Assembly: GCA_964016885.1 (NCBI GenBank)
Contig: OZ024741.1
Coordinates: 175,088,001-175,152,000 of the forward strand
DNA: 64,000 nucleotides
Origin: Eledone cirrhosa
Taxonomy: Eukaryota
Reading direction: 5' to 3'
Below the pieces are notes generated by a model that made no database searches, was not told where the DNA came from, and was given only the letters and a program-made list of their open reading frames with translations. This document shows, one piece after another, positions 52,561-64,000 of the stretch. The position numbers and the translations under genes were made by a program. Position 1 is the stretch's first letter. Each line of letters opens with the position of its first letter.

Positions 52561-52619
52561 GTATGCACTACATAACTCCGGTTATGTTTCGGTCTTATGA
52601 CCTTATCAGCAAAGCATAC
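52561..52619 (-). ncRNA. Hammerhead-like motif with G8A core change
   Basis: GTATGC tttg CTGATAA GGTC ataa GACC GAAA CATAAC cgga GTTATG TA gt GCATAC. Confidence 0.62.
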
Positions 52620-53426
52620 CGAAGCATTAACTGAAGTATGACTAAACAAACATGATTGTACAATGGTTAGCATAAAGAATAGAATTACGAAAATAAATAG
52701 CTGATACGTAAGTCGCATGAAAAACAACAGTTAAGTTAGTTATATATAGTGCACATAGTATTAAAAAGCTAACTCTAAATAATATTGCAGCAAAGAAAAC
52801 AAAAAGCAAAACAATTTTAATAAATGAATAAATTTATTCGGCATGTATGGGAGACGATTCTGGACATGTTTCTGCTTTATCGTGACCTAGTTAGTTAGTT
52901 TTGGTGCAAAGCCTCCTCGTCTTTCCCTCTGTATTTAAAGAAAAATGCGTGACATCATGTCTTTTTCACAGATCATCAGTGGCGTAAGGGAACTTATGCA
53001 GATATGGAAAGTAACTCACGATGAAATCGTAGGGACCTCGTTGTGACACACGACGTTTCTTGGGCATTTTAAAATCTGGCTGATCTCACCACATCTCCAG
53101 GTCTGAACACAGCCGATTTTTCCAGAGAAGGAAGGAGAGAGTGATAGAGAAGAAATGAGAATAAGATATAGAGGAAGAATCGAACCTAGTATTGAACTAG
53201 TTCTTTTTTTCGATCTCGAAAGGGTGAAAGGCAAAGTTGATCTCGGCAGGTTTTAAACTCAGAAAGTCAACTGACAGTAGACACATAACTGGACCATGAA
53301 CAAGATGGTTGAATAACATCCATGAGTTTAGTTGTGAGAGTCCAGCCAGAGCATTTAGAGACGTTTGCTTCTGATACAACTTTCTAGAAGAGATGTTTGA
53401 GGACTGCCTTCCATGACCCTGTAATG

Positions 53427-53642
53427 CAGGTATGTCAAACTGAAGGTCCCCCGAGGGCCACATGGTCACATGTGTGTTGACTGAGGGCCACACACGACAA
53501 CTAATTGCGCACATTACAGCACATTTTAAAATTTTATATTACGAAGATAAGACATGCTCGCACTGTAGAAACTTTGTGCGGGCCGCATGTGTGCTTGTAA
53601 AGGGCCACATGCGGCCCGCGGGCCGCATGTTTGGCATGTCTG
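53427..53642. mobile_element. hAT (Charlie-like) MITE
   Basis: TIRs CAGGTATGTCAAAC/GTTTGGCATGTCTG, subterminal GCGGCCCGCGGGCC, 8-bp TSD CTGTAATG/CTGTATTG. Confidence 0.85.
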
Positions 53643-53969
53643 CTGTATTGAATAAGCAGGTGAAGAATAACAGAAACATTAGTGAGCATCCAGGATTCGT
53701 TAGAAACTCACCCCTTATACTGGGATGCCCATTCTTTGTATTGTAGCGTCCACTCCTTCCTTGCCCACTCCCACCCTATTTACTGCGGTGATCACCAAAT
53801 CTCAAATTGTTTTATCATCTCTGTTTTATAGTACAGTTTACGAGTGAGTGAGAGATGGTTTAGTGCACCTCAAAACACGAAAGAATTGCCCTAAGTTCAT
53901 ATTCAAGAGATATTGTGTTTTTGCTGGGAAGTCAACGATAGGAAAACAAATAAAAATATGTAACCACTT

Positions 53970-54590
53970 CAGACCTGTCAACTCTCCCTGTCCGATGAGA
54001 AGATCTCCCACCCTCTTTGGGGTGGGCGGGAGATGTCTTCTCTTGTAAATATGAGTTGAAAATCTAAAGTCTGTCCTAAGCCAGAAGGCTGATTTGGCCG
54101 GTGCTTATCACGGTTTCATAGCGTGGAGCGACTGAGAGTACAAGACACCCCCATGGACAGGACGCCAGTCCATCGCAGGGTTAAAACCCCAACTATTGCT
54201 GGTACTCATTTTTAGCTGAGTATACTGGGACAACGTGAAATGAAGTGTTTTGCTCAAGAACACAACACGCAACTCAGGAATCGAACCCATGACATTATGA
54301 TCGTAATTCCAACACCATTACCAATAGGCCACGTAACAATGAGTATAGCTTTCATTATATAAAATCTCACCATTTTGCTTCATTTCTCTCTGATTTGGGG
54401 CACTTCTTTTCGTGGTACACCCCATTTGGGTGTCAACTCTCCCCGTCCGACGGGGAGATCTCCCACCCACAGAAAATGGGTATAGCTTTCATTATATAAA
54501 ATCACCCCATTTTGCCTCATTTCTTCCCGTTTTGTGGGTAAATTTTTACAGGGTACTCCCCCTTTGGATTTTCAGAGGTTGGCAGGTCTG
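53970..54590 (-). mobile_element. MITE copy 4 (partial dimer) containing a family 3 SINE (54057-54336)
   Basis: Flanks CCACTT and CTACTT. A second partial unit starts at ~54432. Confidence 0.8.
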
Positions 54591-55488
54591 CTACTTATTG
54601 TTCTGTATTTCTTGTATTTCCCTCTGTATTTTCTGTTTAATTACATCGCCTAGTCTTGATTAAGAATATTTATAACGATAGTTTTATCTCATTTTTTACT
54701 GTTTTGATATCCCAGCAGCGCCGGCGAAACTTGAAAGTTAACCATGGGCATTAATAAAAATAAATATAGCATGTAGTTAACTTAAGATTCATTGAGGAAA
54801 TTTGAAATGTAGTCATCCCAAATGTAGAGGAATATAGTAATAGTCGACTAAATAAATAATAGTTTCAGGCACAAGGCCAGCATTTTGGGGGGAAGGGAAG
54901 GTCGATTAAATCGACACCAGTGCGTGACTGGTACTTTATTTTATCAACCCCGTAAGGATAAAAGGCAAAGTTAACCTCGGCGGGATTTGAACTCAGATCA
55001 TAAAGCTGCAAAGCATGGCGTCCGACCCTCTACCGATACTGCCAATCCACCGCCCTAACTACTATAAATAATAGCTAAACAATCAGGTAAATTACTCTTG
55101 GAGACGGAAAACGTGGAAAGAGAGGCATCTGTTCACTTTTTCCGTCTCCAGGTGTACTTTACCCGATATTAAGCTATTATTTACAGTCATTTGAATTCGG
55201 GACAACTAAATTTGAACACGCACGTACATCAGTTTCAGCTTGTGTCTACAAACAGCAAAGGGAAGCCTCAAGATTGTGTGATAGATTGTATCTATTCTGT
55301 GTCTTCAAACATAGACTTATCGATCACATCTTTCCATTTCGCTCGCTGTCTTTCTCGATCACGTGAACCACACACACACACACGCACACGCACACACACA
55401 CGCACGCACACACACGCACACACACACACACACACACATACACACACACACGCGCACACACACACACACGCACGCACGCACGCACACA

Positions 55489-55520
<32 letters not shown>

Positions 55521-55912
55521 TACAACCCTCCCCCCCACACGCACACGCACACACATACACACACATACACACGCACATATACACACACATTCTGTTCTTT
55601 CTTTAGTTTTAGTTGGTTGTATCGACTACAGTAATTTTATTACACTCGTAAAGGACAAAAGCAAGGTGACTTGGCGTAAAATGAGATAATTCTAGCGCAA
55701 TTATATATTAATTTTATTACACACACACTCGCACACACTCACACTTACACATTTATGTGCACATGCGCATAAAAGAAGAAATATGTAGGTATAAAGGAAA
55801 TAGGTTATTAGAAATATGATAATGATGGCAATGCTGATGACTAATATCCCAGCATTGTTCGAAATACTTACATTCTAATTGTCAGCATTATAATCAATAC
55901 ATACATCTTCAA

Positions 55913-55974
<62 letters not shown>

Positions 55975-56040
55975 CATGTATATTATATATATATATATAT
56001 ATATATTTATATTATATATTTATATATATTACATATATAT

Positions 56041-56073
<33 letters not shown>

Positions 56074-56086
56074 ATTACATATATAT

Positions 56087-56123
<37 letters not shown>

Positions 56124-56136
56124 ATTACATATATAT

Positions 56137-56171
<35 letters not shown>

Positions 56172-56184
56172 ATTACATATATAT

Positions 56185-56217
<33 letters not shown>

Positions 56218-56230
56218 ATTACATATATAT

Positions 56231-56267
<37 letters not shown>

Positions 56268-56275
56268 ATTACATA

Positions 56276-56336
<61 letters not shown>

Positions 56337-56351
56337 ATTACATATATATAT

Positions 56352-56408
<57 letters not shown>

Positions 56409-56420
56409 ACATATATATAT

Positions 56421-56474
<54 letters not shown>

Positions 56475-56489
56475 ATTACATATATATAT

Positions 56490-56542
<53 letters not shown>

Positions 56543-56576
56543 AATATATATACATATATACACTATATATATATAC

Positions 56577-56632
<56 letters not shown>

Positions 56633-57547
56633 TATATACATATATATATATATATATATTGTGTGTGTTTGTGTGTATGCGTGTATATATACAATCATAT
56701 ACTATTTAAGGTGAACAAAATTTAAAATACATCTCTCTCCCTCTCTCTCTATATATATACATATGTATATGCATACATAAATATGTACATATACACACAC
56801 ACATGTTTCTGTATATATATTATATACTTTCCATATTATCTTTAAAGTTTCCTCATTACTTTGCCAGATTTTTAACAAGCATATAATTGAAACTGGAGCC
56901 TATAATTAAGGCCCCACCTCCTTATTTTATGTTTTTGCAATTCAATCGTAATTTAAAAGTAATATTTCCCCGAAAGTATTTCTGCTAACTAGCAATAGCG
57001 TAGTTGAATCGACTTTGTAATATGTGTGTCAAATTATCTTCTCAATTTTGTTTTTCACTGTTGACTTTTGTTAAACTCTTATTTTATGTTATATTTTATT
57101 TTTTTTACAATTAAATTTTGATTAGTTCAGTAGACAGCCGACAGTAGACAACAAATAGCAGCCGAACATGTATTATCGTATTTTATGTTATGTTTTTTTT
57201 TACGTGATCAAATATAATCGTTATTTTTATTGCTAGCAAATGAATCTCTAGCGATATTTTTACATTTATCTAAAGTGAGAATTAAAGCTATCAAATAAGT
57301 ATTTCAGATCGAAATCACTTCAAAACAATATTTATGGATTTGCACTTTTCCAAATTTATAAAAAAAGAAAAGATTATTTTTAGCAGCCATTAAAATTATC
57401 AGATTTTAAAAAATTGTTTTATTATATTTTGAATGTCAAAAAGAAAAAAGAAAAAAATTCAACGCTTACCGACTCATGAAATTCTTGATTTATCCCCACA
57501 CCCCTTCTCTCTCTTTCTGTTTTTCTTTTCCACAAAACTACATTTAC

Positions 57548-57625
<78 letters not shown>

Positions 57626-57925
57626 GTGAAGGCTAAAAGATTCCGTTAAGGATCAAAGCAGCGATTCTTTGCTTAAACTTAAATCTGTTCTTATAATATA
57701 TATATATATATATATATATAACGAAGGAAATGTGGTAAGGAACCAGATGGACCATAACACACCAAAGTACTCAATACTTAGGGTAGTAGAGTTAGCACTC
57801 CCCTTGACAAGGATGGAAGAGATCATATGGTCTTTCTAACACATATGGGCATTGCTCTGCTACTTCAGAGCAACATATTTTTGGAGTACTACTCGTTCCT
57901 ATATATATATATATGTATATATATA

Positions 57926-58522
57926 TGGTGGCTGCCAACTCGTTTTCGAGTACGGCCACTACTTTATATCCATGTAGAAGAACCCCTACCGATGCGCTGA
58001 ACGAGTGTGACTTTTTAGTCCAGCCAGCGACTTGAAAACTCTGGTACAAACACTACACTTGTGACAATTATTGTCACATAGTGCTGGGCCCATGGTACCA
58101 TGTGACGACAAGTGCAGAGAGATCTCCAGATATAAAGCAATGCCTGTGCCGTGAAGCTTTTATAGTGAGCAAAGGCACTGCACAAAGCCAGTCCCACTCT
58201 CTTAACCAAGATGATATTTACCAAAAAGAAGAACAAGTCAACATCATTGGATACCATCAGGGTTGCATGTGTTATATCAGAGTTTTCCTTCTCCTAGAAT
58301 TCTGTCTTGACAAAGGCTAAGGGGTCATCTCTCCCGGTGATTTTGGATGGCCATTGACTCTTAAGAACTCCTTTGCACTTTGACAGGTTTTGCTTTTAGT
58401 CCTGCAGGATGTCCAAAGTCACCCTCCTCACCAAGAAAACTTGGTGGGGTTGCCAGTTTAGTCGCCAACGACCCGACCATGAGACAGGTTGTACTAGGAT
58501 ACATGTTACCAGTAGCACCAAC
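57926..58522 (-). mobile_element. Bipartite RTE derivative, copy 3
   Basis: Near-identical to 19689-20297, inserted in (TA)n. Confidence 0.78.
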
Positions 58523-58573
58523 ATATATACATACATGCATACATACATATACATATATATATATGTATGTATG

Positions 58574-58615
<42 letters not shown>

Positions 58616-59596
58616 CAGGGTGTGGACGATATTTGTTCGCAATTTTCATTTTAAGCAATTTTCTTTTACTTCCGTTGTCACTCTTGTCTTCATAAAAACA
58701 GTGACTATATTTCCATTATTTATTTTCAAAATAATTGATTATGAATAATTTTGAACCTCCAAATTTGTGGAAGAGACACGGAGTTCTTCTTGGAATCCGC
58801 GCCGGGAGGACAAATAAAGAAATTTCAGACTTTCTCAGCGTCAGCAGGAGAATGGTGGAAAAGGTCAGAAAGGAATTGGAAGATTCAGGATTCGACTACG
58901 AAGCAACATCAGAGAAGAAAACACATGATCGACGATATAACGCCTTCAGAACGCCCGAGTTCATCGCTGAAGTTTAGGATATCATCAACAATGAACCTCG
59001 CAAATCGATGCGTGCCATTGCAAGGGACAATGGCGTGGATGAAAAGCTCATTAGGCTGGTGGTACATGAAAACATTCGCTACGTTTCATAACAGATGAGG
59101 AAAGGACAATTTCTGTCAAAGGCGATGCAAGAAAAGCGACTGAAGCACGCAAAGAAGCTGATCAACAAGTTGAAACACCCCCTGGAGCCAGACATGCTGT
59201 GGGTTTTCTCCGACGAGAAAAACTTCTGCCAAGACCAGAAGATCAACTCCCAGAACAACAGGTGGCTCGCTGTCTCATCCAAAGACGTGCCCAGAGTCAT
59301 GCAGACAAAGTTTCCAGCGACAACATTGGTCTTAGGTGTCGTCAGCAGTGAAGGTGACGTCATGCTACTACTTCACTTCTTCCCTGAGGACCTCAAGCTG
59401 AACACCGATGGCTACATCCGCGTTCTGAGCGAGGTAGTAAAGCCCTGGATCGACCAGGTAGCTGCAGGTAGGCCGTACGTGTGGCAGCAAGACTCATTGC
59501 CCTGCCATACCAGCCGAAAGATCCAAGCATGGCTGTCAGAGAACTTCGTCGACCACACTTCACCTGACATCTGGCCTCCCAGCTCGCCTGACTGTG
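58616..59596 (+). mobile_element. Tc1/mariner-superfamily transposon (maT/DD37D-like), 3'-truncated pseudogene
   Basis: TA|CAGGGTG left end. One frame from ATG 58741 with stops at 58975 and 59089 encodes an HTH region, FSDEKNF, WQQDSLPCHT and WPPSSPDC, then breaks at (TA)n before the third catalytic residue. Confidence 0.9.
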
Positions 59597-59952
59597 TATA
59601 TATATATAATAAACCACTGATACGTATATGTAAGTACGAATATAAAATATTATATGCGGTTTAGCATAGATAGTCCGTATCCCTATGTGTATCCAGTTTA
59701 GAATAACTACACTGTATCCTAGTGTATATCCAGTTTAGCATTGCTCCCAAAAGACCCCATGCTGATAAGAAGCATGCCATGCACCACTTTAGCAGGAAAG
59801 TAGCCTTAAAAACACATATTATACATAATCTATTGTGAGTTTCAGTGCATGAAGGAATAGTTGAAAGTTTTTATACGTTTCATTTTATTCTTTTCATAGC
59901 TATGACCTGTAGATATATCTACTTTAAGTTTACCTTAAAATCTTTATTTGTT

Positions 59953-60029
59953 GAACAAGAGAATGGAAACACACAAAACAAGAGAATGGAAACACACAAA
60001 ACAAGAGAATGGAAACACACAAAAACAAG
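59953..60029 (+). repeat. Short 24-bp tandem repeat AACAAGAGAATGGAAACACACAAA, three copies
   Basis: Directly visible. Confidence 0.9.
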
Positions 60030-61514
60030 TCGGAAAGTGATACAAATTGAGAATATTAAGTTAATGCTATTGAGAAATGAGGAAAAGCTAGCTATAACAT
60101 TGCGGGCTCCAGCCTCCAGAAAATTTGGAAAGAATAGAGGAGATAAAGACGAAAACAGATTTGTCGAGACAATATAGTTTATCCTCCTTTAAAAGATGGT
60201 TATTTATTATGACACACTCTATAGGCTGATAAACTGAAACTACTTTCCGACATGATTTGAAGTCTGAACCGATAGCCAGAAATAAACGGTGTTAATTGTC
60301 GATTTATTTGAATAATTAGCAAACGTGACTATAAAACCCAATTCTAATAATTCTCTGCTATTTCGTATAACCATCGTTATCAATTAATGAAATGATATAG
60401 AAGAGAATCACAATAGATACGAATTGAATAATCTATTAAAGAATTGTATTAGTTACCTATATGTGAAAGATGTTAAGCTTACAGATAGCAGTCATAATAT
60501 TCTGTCACGTCATCAGTCAAATGTAGGCTTTCAATACTGATTTTCCTTTTATCTACGAAAGGAAAGATTAAAGTCTGGATATAAATTACTAATTACTATC
60601 AACTAATTGAGAACAGTATAATAAGCATTCAAATAGTAAACGTAGTTAGTTATATAAACTTCCCGCCTCAAGGAAATGCAGTTATCACCAACTATTTCAG
60701 TTAGTAAATTGTAAAACACTGAAGATAGGCAAATTCTTGATTCTCTCTCTCTCCCCTCTCTCTCTTTCTCACACTCCCCCTACCGCCCTTTTTTCTCTCT
60801 TCCTCACTCTTTACCTCTCCAGCGCCATGTTCCGTTATCGATCGTTTAGTGTTCCATGTCCTTTGTAGATATCGGAATATTGTTTTCCTAGGGTCACAGT
60901 CAACGCTTCGTTTTACCAAGTAATCTTGGGGCACTATATTCTGGCATGCTATTTGGTGATGCAGAATGTCTGTTCCAGCAGAATTTGGCAACTACAGTTA
61001 CTGCCAAAAGAACTGCTTTCTCGTTTCCTGATCACCACATTAAAGTGTGTTTTAGCCAGGTAACTCACCTGACATAAACCACAAACAGTATCTCTGAGGT
61101 ATAACTAAAAGATGGCTAACTTTCGTCTCAGCAATTATGTGAAACTGAAGTTTACTATAGAGAACACAGGCCTTCGATCATATCTCAGCAATATCACAGG
61201 TTGGTTATCTCTATTGACCTCGGCGGGATTTAAAATCAGAAAGTAGAAAATCGTAACTAAATACTGCAAGGCATTTTGTCTAATGCTGTAATGATTATGC
61301 CAAATCCCTGTCCTAATCAACGAGGAATAATATATCTTGAGAGTGCAGTACTACACGACTATCAGTTAGAACATTTCAATACATGCCAGGAGCTATATAA
61401 TAGACAAACTCACATGAACCTGGGCAGTGCAATTTGAGTTGATCTTAGCAAGCTATATCATCATTGAGAGTGATGTGATACACACACACACACACACACA
61501 TACACATATATATA

Positions 61515-61589
<75 letters not shown>

Positions 61590-63081
61590 TATACACATAT
61601 GAGTATATATTCGTTTGAAGTATTTGTTGGCTATTAGTTTATTGAAATTTCCGTCTTTCTTGTTGAATTCTATAATATAAATACGCCTGCCAAAAAGTGT
61701 ATTTATATAAACATTACTAATTGAAGACTTCTTAATTCTACTTAATAAAAACATATTAACTCTAGCTACATAATAGATCAAAGATTTACCAAAAGCATCA
61801 TTAAATAAAACATTTCGCAAATTATACGAACAAGCTAAGGAGATTCTATACACTGTTAGTAGTCACTAGAACGACTTCCCAATATAGCTATTAAATTTTC
61901 TAACAAAACATTAACTACATTATCTAAGACGCAATTATGAAGTCATGGAATATTTCAAATGCTGCAGGGTTTGTGGGCATAACGTAAGCCGCATGTTCCT
62001 TACCTGTGTCCACAGGCCATTGTGAGTTTGAAAAAGTATCACTAAGGTATTTAAAATATTTCGAGTGCTGCAAGGCCTGTAAATATTACGTAGACCTCAT
62101 ATTACCAATCTGTGGCCTATAGGTTTCCCAGAGTTCACAAAAATCGCACTGGGATTTTGAGTTATGTTCAATATTTGAAGAGTCTCTCGTTTAAAATGTA
62201 TTTACTTATCATAAGGCTGATAAAGAAAAACTTTAAAAATGTCGAAGCCGGGAAACAATGAAAACGAGTTAGTTGTGTAGACAAGCCTTTCAAAAGCGTG
62301 GAATCTGGAGGGAAATCTGCTTAAATAAAAGCAGTAAAAGAGGTTTCATGATAATGAAAACGTTGGGAGCAACTATAGATGTTTAATTAGCAAACTATAT
62401 GATGTAGTTCTCCTTGAGGAAGTGCTGACCAGTGTGGCTCGACGCAGTTCACTCAGCTGAAAATGTATTAGCCATTATCTGAGAGGGATAGGTTCCTCGT
62501 TCAGAGTCAAGATTTCTAATTCGTTTTTTACTCCTCGAAATAATATGCAGTGTGATCGATATAATTGACTAAATCGATTGAAGGAAGTGCCCCAGCACGG
62601 GGACAGTCTAATGATTGAAGCTAGTGAAACACTAACATATTCTGGAAGTATAAATGAGAGAATCAGTACGCAACAGATGTATTTATATACGACATATAAT
62701 TTTATACGTCTAAAGAGAGGAGGGCTATAAGACAACAATGATACCATTTAGAATATTCGATTATTCATATAATAAATAAGCAATAGGTTTGAATTATTCC
62801 GTGTACACAAAACTGTGCTAATACATAACATCGGATGAACACACAGGAAAATAAGATGCATGCCACACAAAATGAACTAATGCATTTAACGATTATATAA
62901 CTAGACGATCGTTGGGAAATCTGCATAACTATGCTAAACAACTAAAGCGTAAGGAATCAGCAACATTGCAACACTGTGTGTATGTGTGTGTGTGTATTCA
63001 TTCATAAATGTGTATGAATACCTATGTGTGTATGTCTATATATATGAATGTTTATGTATGTGTATAAGATATGTATGTCTG

Positions 63082-63178
<97 letters not shown>

Positions 63179-63272
63179 GTATATATACATATATATGTAT
63201 GTGTACACACATACACACACACACACTTATATATATGTATATATATATGTACACATACATACATACACATAT

Positions 63273-63421
<149 letters not shown>

Positions 63422-63577
63422 TATATACATACATATATATATACATACATATATATATATATACATATATATATACATATATATATACATATATAAATAC
63501 GCATATACACACATATATTTATGTATATATGTATATACCTGTATATGCATGCATACACACACATATATGTATGTGCG

Positions 63578-63608
<31 letters not shown>

Positions 63609-63743
63609 ATAATAGTCTTCTAATATTTTCTTTTCAAATTATATTTGAAACATAAGCTACTGAAGTGGTTGACACAACGTAACTCGGATGTCATTAAGCA
63701 CAGGACTCCTCCATTTGTATTCGAGGATTAGATTAGCATTAGC

Positions 63744-63745
<2 letters not shown>

Positions 63746-63800
<55 letters not shown>

Positions 63801-64000
63801 CACACACACACGCACGCGCACACACGCGTACACACACACACACACACACGCGCACACACACACTACACACGCACACACACGCACACACACGCACACACAC
63901 ACACGCGCACACACACGCACACACACACACACGCGCGCGCGCGCACACGCACACACACACGCACACACACGCACACACACGCACACACACACGCGCACAC
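63746..64000. repeat. (CA)n/(CACG)n microsatellite running off the window end
   Basis: Directly visible. Confidence 0.97.

Noticed and set aside
55830-55890. CTGATGA..GAAA as a hammerhead
   Set aside because: Stems II and III are not convincing.

Overview
AT-rich, microsatellite-saturated animal genomic DNA. The SINE families look octopod/cephalopod (inference from recalled families). No host protein-coding exon is recognisable. The window is almost entirely transposon-derived: R4/Dong-like and CRE-like RLE LINE fragments, several RTE LINE pieces (two with twin-priming 5' inversions), three copies of a bipartite non-autonomous RTE, Penelope-like elements (one long open Neptune-type RT+GIY-YIG ORF, two decayed ORFs, many pseudo-LTR inverted repeats), a Tc1/mariner relic, hAT-type MITEs and dozens of tRNA-derived SINEs. 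Most elements sit in (TA)n. Three things stand out. (1) An unusual density of self-cleaving-ribozyme motifs: about ten hammerheads, several with greatly enlarged stem II, plus one HDV-like fold. (2) Two diverged copies (1207-1279 +, 37356-37426 -) of a covarying RNA motif holding every hammerhead core element in a strand order matching none of types I/II/III. (3) A 2.1-kb TTAGGG-containing satellite enclosed by Penelope-type inverted pseudo-LTR arms. All RNA structures were folded by eye; no searches were run, so novelty is unverified.
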